From IMG/VR virus record IMGVR_UViG_3300032820_000001, positions 1 to 64,000 of that record: 64,000 nt of DNA; one strand, written 5' to 3'. The notes under the pieces are model-generated. The model saw nothing but the letters and a program-made list of their open reading frames with translations, was not told where the DNA came from and searched no databases. The DNA comes from a virus. The position numbers and the translations under genes were made by a program. Positions 25,236 to 34,448 of this stretch are shown here, piece after piece. Positions within the stretch are counted from its first letter, which is position 1; the number at the start of each line of letters is the position of its first letter.

Positions 25236-25430
25236 CTATTTAATATCAGCGGGGTTGCGCTTTTTGGCCCACTCTTGAGCGTTGGGGCTTAATTCCCAGA
25301 GGGTTTTCTTGGCCACTGTGTACATCTCTCGATGATATAATTTAGAGTCCTCCGATCTGGATGTCTCCAGACTCTTTAGGTGGTGAGCTATCATTTTATT
25401 AAAAAGTTCACATTCTTCTTTGGTGGTCAT
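25236..25430 (-). CDS. Hypothetical protein
   Basis: 64 aa ORF. Confidence 0.5.
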   Translation of the reverse strand: MTTKEECELFNKMIAHHLKSLETSRSEDSKLYHREMYTVAKKTLWELSPNAQEWAKKRNPADIK

Positions 25431-25642
25431 TATGCAATTTTTTCCTTATACCAATAATGATCGAACAACATAGGTGTGCCATTATAGACAACAAGATCCT
25501 GCTTCTCCATGAACGCCTGGGGATTTTCTCTTACTCCCACAAATATCCCATAGCACCAATCGATGCTATCAGGATCGACGGCCCAGGGCTCGTTCATGCC
25601 GCACATGCGAACCAGATCTCCTATTTCCAAAAAACCGTTCAC
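25430..25642 (-). CDS. Small GDLV-family protein
   Basis: LEIGDLVRM...YGIFVG. Confidence 0.65.
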   Translation of the reverse strand: MNGFLEIGDLVRMCGMNEPWAVDPDSIDWCYGIFVGVRENPQAFMEKQDLVVYNGTPMLFDHYWYKEKIA

Positions 25643-25807
25643 TTTTTACATGCCTTACTGCAGGATGCCCATGAAACGAAGCGTCAAGACAACTACAGCT
25701 GTCTTAAAAGCAATATCGGCACCCTTATTCAAGGTAGCCATGCCAGCATCACGAAATGCGGCCATGTTTTCTTTACTTAGAGCTTTCATAATTTTCTCCT
25801 TTGTCCT

Positions 25808-25836
25808 ATAATATCACACATAATTGTGCGTGTCAA
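25808..25836 (-). promoter_or_regulatory. Sigma70-type promoter
   Basis: TTGACA-17-TATTAT; shares GCTTGACACGCA with the 56290-56320 promoter. Confidence 0.7.
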
Positions 25837-26444
25837 GCCTTATTTTTAAAAGCCTTGACGTGTCTCTCTTGGCAATCAACCACTGAGGTTGAGCCAAAAG
25901 GTAACAAGCGGTATACCTTTGCTCCTTGAGCGTGGGTTGCAATGGTGGGAACTTTATTTTCCACCACCACACATAATTTCTTTCGCATGAACGCGAGGTT
26001 ATAGGGAAGGGTTCGGGCATCGCGTACCTGCACAATATCCCCCTTCTGATAGAGGGGTTCCCGATTATATTCTTTCCATACCTTGGTGGTAAATTTGTTC
26101 TCGCACATTGCTCTGAATTGGTTGCGCGTTGGGATATAGTCAGGGAGGGTGAGGATAAGTTGGGCTATGTCACTAAAGTAAGGGGGGTTCGCCAAATAGT
26201 AACGCGCACAGACGAGAGCCCTTTCTTTGTGCAGGCGCGGGTATTCTTCGGCCCACAATGCCACATCTCGTTTGCCCTCTGGAGAATTTAAATACTCTAT
26301 CTTCTCGAACGCCTTGACTTGTTTCTCCGATAGCTTCCCGGTTTTCTCAAACCAACTTTGAAGGGATTTCAAAAAGGGAATATCTTTAGCATCTTCTTGG
26401 TTTTCTTTGGACTCAATGAGTTGGTCTATCCTATTTTTTTCCAT
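25833..26444 (-). CDS. Hypothetical protein with C-terminal GDLV-like domain
   Basis: FLKSL..W....KLSEKQ N-domain; C-terminal YQKGDIVQVR. Confidence 0.6.
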   Translation of the reverse strand: MEKNRIDQLIESKENQEDAKDIPFLKSLQSWFEKTGKLSEKQVKAFEKIEYLNSPEGKRDVALWAEEYPRLHKERALVCARYYLANPPYFSDIAQLILTLPDYIPTRNQFRAMCENKFTTKVWKEYNREPLYQKGDIVQVRDARTLPYNLAFMRKKLCVVVENKVPTIATHAQGAKVYRLLPFGSTSVVDCQERHVKAFKNKA

Positions 26445-26697
26445 TTGAGGTTCTCCTTCTGTTATAGGCTTTAATAAGGGCATCAATTACTTCTAATTCT
26501 GCTTGTTTCATTAACTCATTCATTATCTTTTCTGGCCCGATGTCATATTGGCTTTCAATTTTGGCACTCTCTGAGGCCATAGCGATGTAACTAAAGAGGG
26601 ATTCAAATATGGCACTTTCCAGTATTATCAAGCCGTTACGCGGTGGTGAGAGCCAGTGGCCCGGTTCGTGGGCTATTTTTTCTACATTGATCCTCAT
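26431..26697 (-). CDS. Hypothetical protein
   Basis: Start set at MRINVE. Confidence 0.45.
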   Translation of the reverse strand: MRINVEKIAHEPGHWLSPPRNGLIILESAIFESLFSYIAMASESAKIESQYDIGPEKIMNELMKQAELEVIDALIKAYNRRRTSNGKK

Positions 26698-26724
26698 TAT
26701 ATGATCTTTATTAATTTTTGTCAA
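26696..26724 (-). promoter_or_regulatory. Perfect-consensus sigma70 promoter
   Basis: TTGACA-AAAATTAATAAAGATCA(17)-TATAAT. Confidence 0.75.
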
Positions 26725-26942
26725 GTGTTTTCTTCTCCCGGTAGCTTGACGAGGGAGCCAACCACCTCCCAGGTGATAAACGTGCTTTTTTCGGAGCCGG
26801 GATCTGACACCCAAAAGACCCGATAAGCAGAGCGATCCCTGCTATGGGCTTGAGGGGTGGCTTTTTCAATGATTACTCCCAGTTTTGTGTTCTTATTCCA
26901 GGGTTTACACCCAGCGACAAGTTCGCCCATCTCAAATTGCAT
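26721..26942 (-). CDS. Small GDLV-family protein
   Basis: FEMGELVA...LGVII...YRVFWVSD...LVKL. Confidence 0.65.
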   Translation of the reverse strand: MQFEMGELVAGCKPWNKNTKLGVIIEKATPQAHSRDRSAYRVFWVSDPGSEKSTFITWEVVGSLVKLPGEENT

Positions 26943-26950
26943 GATCTTTC

Positions 26951-27274
26951 CTATTCGCTTACTTCCCAATTTGCCTCGATACCACGAGGAGAAACAATCA
27001 CCAGCACGTCGCCAAGTCTTTCTTTAACTTCGGCGGAAACCTTTAAGATCGTTTGCTGGTTGCGGTTCTTCATATCTAAGAAATATTTAGTTTCCCCCAT
27101 GTCAGCTGCGCCATATACGTTAGCGATAAATTCTTCTACAATAAGATCCCAAGCACCATCGACCTGATCGGTGGCTCCCCTTGCGGCTCTCTGCTTTTCT
27201 TTGGCCACAGATGTTTTCTCATGAAGGTCAGTCTTCGTACTCATTGTCATGGTTCTCCATTCATTTATGTTCAT
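26951..27274 (-). CDS. Hypothetical protein
   Basis: 107 aa ORF. Confidence 0.55.
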   Translation of the reverse strand: MNINEWRTMTMSTKTDLHEKTSVAKEKQRAARGATDQVDGAWDLIVEEFIANVYGAADMGETKYFLDMKNRNQQTILKVSAEVKERLGDVLVIVSPRGIEANWEVSE

Positions 27275-27279
27275 AATCT

Positions 27280-27558
27280 CTAAGCTTTCTTTTTGTTGCT
27301 GCGTTTCTTCTTGGCAGCAGGCTTGGAAGGCTTTGCAGCCAATAGCTGATCAATTTTACTTTTAAGTTCTTCGTTCTCTTTCTTTATTTCTTCCATCACA
27401 TCAGCAAATTTAGAATTCTCATCCTTTAGTTGTGCGATGTCCTCTTCTAGCTTCGCAACGTGTGGCCTAAGCGTGTCACTTGGGGGCCTTTGTTTTTGTT
27501 TTTGAGTGCCTTCTGCGGCCAAGGCAGCGTTTACTCCTGCAACAAGATTTTTCTGCAT
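27280..27558 (-). CDS. Coiled-coil protein with Lys-rich tail
   Basis: Heptad pattern; KPSKPAAKKKRSNKKKA. Confidence 0.55.
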   Translation of the reverse strand: MQKNLVAGVNAALAAEGTQKQKQRPPSDTLRPHVAKLEEDIAQLKDENSKFADVMEEIKKENEELKSKIDQLLAAKPSKPAAKKKRSNKKKA

Positions 27559-27570
27559 TTTCTCATCTCC

Positions 27571-28203
27571 TTATAAGTCCATACTTTCCAGGACTTCGTT
27601 AGTGTCTGTGATGAATTTCGTGTGCATCGTACTCCACCCTTTAAACTTTGGACCCTCGTGATCAGGATCGCCATGCTTACCAAAGTTCGCTGCATAGATG
27701 GCAACATGCACAAGTTCATGGACAAAGGATGTTTTATACAGTCGGGGGTGGGTGCCTTTGCCAATCCAAACAAAAATATATTTCCCGCCATTACCAGTGA
27801 GTCCATTGATCACAGTGGAATTGGGGCGAAACTCGCCGTCAATACTGTATACTCTCGACATCCTCCGCTGCCATGTCCCATATTCAATATGCAAATTGTT
27901 TAGAGCCTGCAGCATTCTTCCGTCGTCATCTCGAAATTTGTTCACCCACTCTACATAAAAAACATGAAGAGCCAGCGAAGTGTGAGAAGGGTAAAAATAG
28001 TCACAATCATCAGTCTCCTGATAGGTAAATTGATATCCCGGAACGCGGGCAAGCTTTTCTGCGGGTACCGACGAGCATGTCTTGTTCGTTATTTGTTTGT
28101 GGAACAGTCCGGCTGGTTCCCAAAGCGAACCTATCTCTGTGCTACTGGCGGGTATGGCCAGCGGGAAACACACAAGAATTAACATCATGCCAAACTTTCT
28201 CAT
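27571..28203 (-). CDS. Exported HExxH zinc-metalloprotease-like protein
   Basis: Signal peptide; SFVHELVH...GDPDH. Confidence 0.6.
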   Translation of the reverse strand: MRKFGMMLILVCFPLAIPASSTEIGSLWEPAGLFHKQITNKTCSSVPAEKLARVPGYQFTYQETDDCDYFYPSHTSLALHVFYVEWVNKFRDDDGRMLQALNNLHIEYGTWQRRMSRVYSIDGEFRPNSTVINGLTGNGGKYIFVWIGKGTHPRLYKTSFVHELVHVAIYAANFGKHGDPDHEGPKFKGWSTMHTKFITDTNEVLESMDL

Positions 28204-28218
28204 AATAGTAATTATGCT

Positions 28219-28455
28219 CTACAAGTCCAAAAAGAACAGAATTGCGAAACCCGCATAGAGAGCTGCGAAAATAGCCTCCTTACTGTCCTCAAACACCACC
28301 ATTGCAATCGTTTTTAATCCACACATGGTGAACATCGCAACAGCAAAGAGGGTTTTATCTCCAGTGAAAAAAGCAAGGAGGATTGCTATAAGCGCCATCA
28401 ACTGAAGGGCATTCATTTGCTTTCTGTCTATACCTAATTTATTTTCTTTTTCCAT
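28219..28455 (-). CDS. Small membrane protein (about 3 TM segments)
   Basis: Three hydrophobic stretches. Confidence 0.6.
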   Translation of the reverse strand: MEKENKLGIDRKQMNALQLMALIAILLAFFTGDKTLFAVAMFTMCGLKTIAMVVFEDSKEAIFAALYAGFAILFFLDL

Positions 28456-28813
28456 TTTTCTTTCCTAACGAAGAGATCACTTTGACCTCGGTGGGATATA
28501 CCCATATAAAAGAATAACTCAATTTATCCATTTTGTAAAGATCAAAGTTCTCGTTTTCTTGTGCAGTTCTTGACCAGAGTACCAAAATCATTGGAGCGTC
28601 CGGTAGTGCGGTGGATATTTTCCAATACTCATCATCATCATAGAAATTTCTAATGGCACTGTCTAAGTCGGCAATATCATCCATGTCGCCCTTTGTGTCC
28701 ATAACGAGGCCAACACCAAGAATGAGGTCGCCTTCGTCGCCATCAAAACACACTAAATCTCCCACCTGAATGTCTTTCCTTTCCATACCAGTAAATAGCT
28801 CAGGGTATTTCAA
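28439..28813 (-). CDS. GDLV-family protein (larger variant)
   Basis: IQVGDLVCF...VGLVMD...ILVLWS...EVKVIS. Confidence 0.65.
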   Translation of the reverse strand: MKYPELFTGMERKDIQVGDLVCFDGDEGDLILGVGLVMDTKGDMDDIADLDSAIRNFYDDDEYWKISTALPDAPMILVLWSRTAQENENFDLYKMDKLSYSFIWVYPTEVKVISSLGKKNGKRK

Positions 28814-28835
28814 AGGTTTAATTTATTTAATGTAG

Positions 28836-30764
28836 CTAGAAACACACATCTTCGAAAATGCCTTGCAAAATTTGAGTGTACCGAGCGCCAGAAGCTGGGT
28901 CGATACTAATAAGTCTGTCGGGATCATTCCCACACGCTGGCCCCCATGAGCTTAGATAATTGGCGGCATCAATAAAAAATATCTCCACTGAATCACCGGG
29001 TTCGCAGCCTGCTATTTGGCAGATGGAGGCTAATGGGGCGATATCAGAAGGTGTGTTGTAATTCCCCCCCATACTTTGAGGGCCTTCATCGCTGATACTA
29101 ATTACATAAGGGAAGGCATCGCTTCTCCAAGGGATGCCGATGGGGTTCACTGGGTCAACCGTCGCCAGAACCACGTCAGTCGTAGGTTCAGCCCCTCCAC
29201 CATTACACTCAAGACCTCCCAAGAGAGCTTGAAAAGATGCGGCATCTATCATCATGGTGGGTGTGAGCAGTTCGGGCATCGCATATTGATGTCGCATGGG
29301 ATGAACCACCAATCCAAAGCGATGCTCCGAATCTTGGAAGTCAGCTACATAAGCAGTGATACCCTCGTAGAGTGCTTGGATGTATGGGCACATCGAACCT
29401 GAGATGTCTATAATAAATAACATATCAACCTTGTCGTGAGCGTTTAGGTCTTCGTCTATTTCTCCGTCACAATCGTTGTCGAGCATATCACAAATTTCTT
29501 CGGTCGGCTCTATCTCACCTACACACTCGCCCCACTCGCCAACTTCACAAGTGGTGGTGCCAAGCATACATTCGCCTACCCCATGAAGGCTGGGGTTGTT
29601 GCCGCACATGGCCACAATCATATCGATGGTTCCGTCGCAATCGTTATCCCAGTTGTCACAGATCTCTGGCTCAATACCTTGGTAGATGCATGGCCCCCAG
29701 ACTCCGAACATATCGCAAACCTGAATGCCGTAGCCACAGTTCAGGAGGTTGCCGTCCGAATCGTAGATGTTCTCGCGGCAGACTTGAGTGTCGTCCATCA
29801 CGCATAAACATCCCTCATCGACGACGCCATCGCAATCATTATCGATGTAATCACATAGTTCAACTTGCGGCTCAGGGGCGTTGCAATTAACCCAGCTGCC
29901 ACCTTGACACATTTCTACACCAACGCCACAGATTGTCTCACATGGCTGGTAAATATTCTCATCGACGATACCATTACAATTGTCATCGAGGTCATTGCAG
30001 ACTTCATTCTCAGGCATCACCGCGTCAAAACATTTGATGTCCCCTCCCACACAGTAGTTCATTCCATAGGAGCAGAGGCCGCGATCATTATAGCCGCACA
30101 CTCTTTGGTGGAGGGTTTGCAGCTCCACTGGATCTTCGTCGATAAGGCCATCACAATCATTATCATAACCATCGCAGGACTCTGGCTCGTCGAGGATTTG
30201 ACCTTGGCAATTTGTCATGGCTCCATGGATGCACTCCATAATTCCCATCTTACATTGGGTGGTGGCAGAAAAAATGACATCATCCGAGCCCGTCCAACAA
30301 TCCACAGCATCTATATCATCTATCTTGCCGTCACAATTGTTATCAATGCCATCGCAAATTTCGGTATGGTCAGGATATATTTCTGGATTGGTGTCGTCAC
30401 AGTCACCAGGATTGAGGCACGAACTAAGGGAGTTCACACCATCTTCATCGGCATCCCAAGACAGGTCATTATCAATAAGACCGTCGCAATCGTCGTCCTT
30501 GTCATTACACTCTTCGAGGATTGGTTGTGTATATCCCTCGCAGATTATATTTAAGTCTTCGTCGCAAGTGGTGCGACCAAGCGAACACTCCCCCATCACA
30601 GGGTAAAATTTAAGCTCACTCTTTCCCACTCGCACAAAGCCATCACTGTCAACGGCGCAGTCTTGCGGCGGCGGGCATACTTTACTTAATTTTTCTTCGC
30701 AGCTCTCACACCCGGCGAAGGGTAAAATAACGAGTAAGAGCCCTATAAAAGCTTTTCTAGTCAT
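28836..30764 (-). CDS. Lipoprotein with 7 MopE-related Cys/Asp metal-binding repeats and C-terminal vWA domain
   Basis: Lipobox FAG|C; seven E.C(D/N)..D(N/D)(D/N)C(D/N)G.(I/V)D repeats; vWA DMLFIIDISGSM...GG.EP...ISISDE; start set at MTRKAF. Confidence 0.85.
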   Translation of the reverse strand: MTRKAFIGLLLVILPFAGCESCEEKLSKVCPPPQDCAVDSDGFVRVGKSELKFYPVMGECSLGRTTCDEDLNIICEGYTQPILEECNDKDDDCDGLIDNDLSWDADEDGVNSLSSCLNPGDCDDTNPEIYPDHTEICDGIDNNCDGKIDDIDAVDCWTGSDDVIFSATTQCKMGIMECIHGAMTNCQGQILDEPESCDGYDNDCDGLIDEDPVELQTLHQRVCGYNDRGLCSYGMNYCVGGDIKCFDAVMPENEVCNDLDDNCNGIVDENIYQPCETICGVGVEMCQGGSWVNCNAPEPQVELCDYIDNDCDGVVDEGCLCVMDDTQVCRENIYDSDGNLLNCGYGIQVCDMFGVWGPCIYQGIEPEICDNWDNDCDGTIDMIVAMCGNNPSLHGVGECMLGTTTCEVGEWGECVGEIEPTEEICDMLDNDCDGEIDEDLNAHDKVDMLFIIDISGSMCPYIQALYEGITAYVADFQDSEHRFGLVVHPMRHQYAMPELLTPTMMIDAASFQALLGGLECNGGGAEPTTDVVLATVDPVNPIGIPWRSDAFPYVISISDEGPQSMGGNYNTPSDIAPLASICQIAGCEPGDSVEIFFIDAANYLSSWGPACGNDPDRLISIDPASGARYTQILQGIFEDVCF

Positions 30765-30808
30765 ATATGTAATTATATCATAATCTGAAAGATCTTGCAA
30801 CCATTTTA

Positions 30809-31120
30809 TTAAATTTTCTCGTCGGTGCCGGGGGAGACCATCTTCCCCTTAACTGCGGCAATAATATCGCGGGACATCCCTTCAATTTTATGCTTGGATT
30901 TCTCAATACTTTCAATGGTACATCCAGTATCGACGAGCTTCTGATACATTATATTTTCCGCTAGGTTAAGGCCGAGGAAGAAGGCAACCATGCGGAACGG
31001 ATCATCAATCCTGCCAGACTTTATGGCGTTTTCGAGGATGTCCGAATATGCTTTGTATGCCTCCTCCAGCAACGCATCTTTCTCAAACTTTTTTTCAAAC
31101 ATCTTCTTCTCCGCGTCCAA
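30809..31120 (-). CDS. Hypothetical protein
   Basis: 103 aa ORF. Confidence 0.55.
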   Translation of the reverse strand: MDAEKKMFEKKFEKDALLEEAYKAYSDILENAIKSGRIDDPFRMVAFFLGLNLAENIMYQKLVDTGCTIESIEKSKHKIEGMSRDIIAAVKGKMVSPGTDEKI

Positions 31121-31286
31121 AAGTTGCTAAAACATCTGGCGGTAGGATGGCCTCGGCAATTCGGCAAATGGTTTTATGAGAAGCCTCAATGAAGGATTCT
31201 CCCAACGAATCGCAATAGTGGCACGAAAAGGGTTTATCACCTCGACAAATTGAACACTTGACTTTAATATACAGTTTGTTTTCCAT
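31095..31286 (-). CDS. Small Zn-finger protein
   Basis: CSIC...CHYC..G. Confidence 0.55.
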   Translation of the reverse strand: MENKLYIKVKCSICRGDKPFSCHYCDSLGESFIEASHKTICRIAEAILPPDVLATFGRGEEDV

Positions 31287-31328
31287 ACCTTATAGGTAAT
31301 TAGAAATGAAAGTGACGTAAGGAAAAAA

Positions 31329-31685
31329 TCATTTTTCAATGTACTTCTGAATACTGGATACCATCAGACTTTTCCACACCGCTTCGTCGATGTCGATATG
31401 AAGGGCGTGAGCTACGTCCCGGCCAACATCCCAGGCCAAGACCTCTTCGATCACGCGGGTGGTGTGAGTCTCCTCATCAACGAAAAAGTCGCAAAAGTAA
31501 TGACCTATCTCATGAAGAATTGTATAAACGATCTCTTTCTTGGGCTGTTGACGCGAAACGATAATACGGTCGTCGATGAAGTCAATATAATTCTCATCGG
31601 CATCGGTGTACACCAGACTAATGTTGTTTTCTTCTAAAAACTTTCTTATTTTCTGAATGTCGTCGTCTTTTTCTTCCGTGGTCAA
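31329..31685 (-). CDS. HExxH zinc-metalloprotease-like protein (ImmA/IrrE-like)
   Basis: TILHEIGH...VIEEVLAW..G; same pattern as 6832..7263. Confidence 0.6.
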   Translation of the reverse strand: MTTEEKDDDIQKIRKFLEENNISLVYTDADENYIDFIDDRIIVSRQQPKKEIVYTILHEIGHYFCDFFVDEETHTTRVIEEVLAWDVGRDVAHALHIDIDEAVWKSLMVSSIQKYIEK

Positions 31686-32082
31686 AGTTAATTCCCTCTC
31701 CCCAGAAGTTCTCGTTCTTCTGCTCGTCGGTAACTAGCAAGAGTTCCATAAAAGGATTTCCGTTTCCTGGACTTTCTTTGAGTTTATAATCATAAAGTTC
31801 CAGATTACCATAGAGGGGTTGAGTAAGTTTTCTCTCAAATTTTTTACGAGGTGGTGGCGTATTAAGATAATTGATGCAAGCCTGCACAAACTCTTGCTCG
31901 CCCAGCTGTTGTGCATGAATTCTGTGATCTATATCAATATAGCACCCCACAAGCCATCGAGTTGTGCCAAACCCCTCCACACTAAACACTGAGTGTAGGT
32001 ATCTTCCAAGTTTTTTGTCTGGGGAGCTGGACAAGTTAAAAGAATTCTTTGGAATTTCCCTTAATTTGCATTGGAGAATCAT
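31618..32082 (-). CDS. Hypothetical protein
   Basis: Start set at MILQCK to avoid overlap. Confidence 0.55.
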   Translation of the reverse strand: MILQCKLREIPKNSFNLSSSPDKKLGRYLHSVFSVEGFGTTRWLVGCYIDIDHRIHAQQLGEQEFVQACINYLNTPPPRKKFERKLTQPLYGNLELYDYKLKESPGNGNPFMELLLVTDEQKNENFWGEGINFDHGRKRRRHSENKKVFRRKQH

Positions 32083-32083
32083 T

Positions 32084-32464
32084 TCAATCCTCTTCTTTCT
32101 TCTTGTTGGTGGTTTTCTTTTTGGTGGTCTTCTTCTTTTTCTTCTTCGGTGTTTCCTCCGGTGCCGGAGCTTCTTGAGGAGGGGTATGCTCTTGAAGAAT
32201 TTTAATGTATCCAATCATAATTTCAATACAATCCTCCACACGGAGGGCTGTTTTACTTATGAGGGTCTTAAGTTCCACGAGAGATTTTGTTCCCTCCACG
32301 GGTTTATCAATAACCTCATTTCCGGCATCGCGGGACAACTTTGCGATGCCCCCGAATGAATTAGCAAGCTCATTTAATAAAATTTTAACTCGGTCAGGCA
32401 CCTCTACCAAATCTACGCTATAAGTAATAGAAACGCGGCTGGGAATTTCATTTTCGTCGCTCAT
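32084..32464 (-). CDS. Hypothetical protein with Lys-rich tail
   Basis: RVSITYSVDL.EVP. Confidence 0.6.
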   Translation of the reverse strand: MSDENEIPSRVSITYSVDLVEVPDRVKILLNELANSFGGIAKLSRDAGNEVIDKPVEGTKSLVELKTLISKTALRVEDCIEIMIGYIKILQEHTPPQEAPAPEETPKKKKKKTTKKKTTNKKKEED

Positions 32465-32472
32465 AAATACTC

Positions 32473-32757
32473 CTATTGCAATAAACTCTCGACGCCCGAC
32501 TTAATAAAGGAAGCTAACATCCCAACTGTGACTGTCATCAACATCCACATCATTCGAGAGGCACTTTTCTTCCACTGTTCCAAGTCGCGGATACGAGCAT
32601 AAATTCCCTCATCGGGTGCGTAGAGAGATTTCTCTACCTTGTTGATAATGTTAGCAACTTCCTCTTGCTTCTCCTTTAAATCATCCATCTTTACAGATAG
32701 AATGTCAAGGGATGCTTTAACTTCAGTAGCTAACAATTGATATTGATTGTCGTCCAT
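32473..32757 (-). CDS. Coiled coil + C-terminal TM protein (XhlA/holin-like architecture)
   Basis: GIYARIRDLEQW followed by a hydrophobic helix. Confidence 0.5.
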   Translation of the reverse strand: MDDNQYQLLATEVKASLDILSVKMDDLKEKQEEVANIINKVEKSLYAPDEGIYARIRDLEQWKKSASRMMWMLMTVTVGMLASFIKSGVESLLQ

Positions 32758-32798
32758 AAAATTTCACTCCTTATTCACAAGAATAAGTAGTCTCTTTG

Positions 32799-34382
32799 TT
32801 AAGCTTCGCTCTCAACAATTGCAAAGTCGGCAGTTAATAAAACAGAAGATGCGGATGCTGCGTTTCGCAGGGCACTCTTTGTTACCTTGGCTGGATCTAG
32901 CACACCAGCTTTAATCAAGTCTTCAAACTTGCCAGTGGCCACGTTGTATCCACGAGTATCTGAGGAGAATGATTGTACTTTGGCCAGCACCACATCTGGA
33001 GATTGGCCTGCGTTTCTTACCATCGTCTTCAGTGGTTCTTCAATTGCTTTCTTTACAATCTCTGCACCAAGACGCTGATCTTCGTTCAGCAATTTCCCCT
33101 TGAGGTTCTTCAGGACTTCAGTAGAGTTGACGAGGGCGGTGCCCCCACCTGGGACTATCCCTTCCATTTGGGCGGAGTCTACAGCCGATAAAGCATCTTC
33201 TATGCGGTGTTTTTTCTCAATCATTTCGACTTCTGTGGCACCACCGACATTAATAATGGCAATACCGCTGGATAGTCTTGTAATTCTTTCTTGTATTTTT
33301 TCACACTCCCGCAAATCTTCAGCAGAAGCTAGCTCCGCCTTCAAGAGCTCAATGCGTTTATCAATTTCTGCTTGATCTCCCAAGCCGCCGACAATTGTGG
33401 TGTTATACTTGGTGGCCTCGATGGTCTTGGCTCGGCCCAAGTGTTCCAGCTTGGCTTCTTGTAGGCGCATGCCGCTTTCGCGGGAGATGTATGTGGCTCC
33501 AACGGAGATGGCCAAGTCCTTCAGGATGTTGCGGCGTTCTTCTCCGTAGCGAGGAGCTTTGATTGCCGCCACCTTCATTGTTCCACGAACTGCGTTCATA
33601 ATGAGTGCGGCCAAAGCTTGGCCCTCAATATTCTCTGCAACAATTGTTAGAGGTCGGGTCTCCCTTGCGGCGACCTCAAGGATAGGAAAAATTTCCTCGA
33701 CGGTTTCAATTGTGGAGTCCGTCACCAGAATAAAAGCATCCTCTTGGTTAGACAAGCCTCGTCGCTCGTCGTTAACAAAAGCCGATGCACAAATGCCGCT
33801 GTCGAACCTGAACCCCTCCACTACGTCAAGGGTTGTCTCATGAGAGCGAGCCTCTTGGATGGTGATGGCTCCGTCTTTGCCCACCAAGTCTACAGCCTTC
33901 GCAACCAAAGCGCCGATGGTGGTATCACCATTAGCTGAGATGGTTGCAATGTTTTTGATGTCATCTTCGCTGGCAATTGGCTTGGCCATGTCGCTGACCG
34001 CTTCGACCACCTTGTCCACAGCCACATCGATACCGCGCTTGAGCTCGACAGGGTTTGACCCTGCTTTCAAATACTTCTGAGCATTTGTGAGGATGGCTCT
34101 CGCCAAGACAGTAGCGGTGGTTGTACCATCGCCAGCAATTGAATTCGTTTTCTCCGCCGACTGTTTAATAATCTGAGCAGCCGCGTTCTCGAAGGGATCA
34201 TCGAAGTGAACGAACTTGGCAACAGTGACCCCATCTTTTGTGATGATTGGATTGGCACCCTTCTGATGGAGGATTACATTTCTGCCTCCCGGCCCCAACG
34301 TAGATGCTACATTATCGGCAAGCTTATTGACGCCAGACAAGATCTTCTCGGCCAGCTCATTGCCGTTGTTATATTTTTTCAT
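32799..34382 (-). CDS. groEL: Chaperonin GroEL
   Basis: TLGPGGRNV, ITKDGVTVA, GDGTTTATVLA, KAPRYGE.R, GIVPGGG, GVLDPAKVT. Confidence 0.97.
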   Translation of the reverse strand: MKKYNNGNELAEKILSGVNKLADNVASTLGPGGRNVILHQKGANPIITKDGVTVAKFVHFDDPFENAAAQIIKQSAEKTNSIAGDGTTTATVLARAILTNAQKYLKAGSNPVELKRGIDVAVDKVVEAVSDMAKPIASEDDIKNIATISANGDTTIGALVAKAVDLVGKDGAITIQEARSHETTLDVVEGFRFDSGICASAFVNDERRGLSNQEDAFILVTDSTIETVEEIFPILEVAARETRPLTIVAENIEGQALAALIMNAVRGTMKVAAIKAPRYGEERRNILKDLAISVGATYISRESGMRLQEAKLEHLGRAKTIEATKYNTTIVGGLGDQAEIDKRIELLKAELASAEDLRECEKIQERITRLSSGIAIINVGGATEVEMIEKKHRIEDALSAVDSAQMEGIVPGGGTALVNSTEVLKNLKGKLLNEDQRLGAEIVKKAIEEPLKTMVRNAGQSPDVVLAKVQSFSSDTRGYNVATGKFEDLIKAGVLDPAKVTKSALRNAASASSVLLTADFAIVESEA

Positions 34383-34414
34383 TAAAACTCCCGCTAAAGT
34401 TAATACCTATATAT

Positions 34415-34442
34415 ATTATAACCACTTTATGAAATTTGTAAA
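34415..34442 (-). promoter_or_regulatory. Sigma70-type promoter upstream of groEL
   Basis: TTTACA-16-TATAAT; 13 bp (AACACTTTACAAA) identical to the 37310-37322 promoter. Confidence 0.6.
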
Positions 34443-34448
34443 GTGTTT

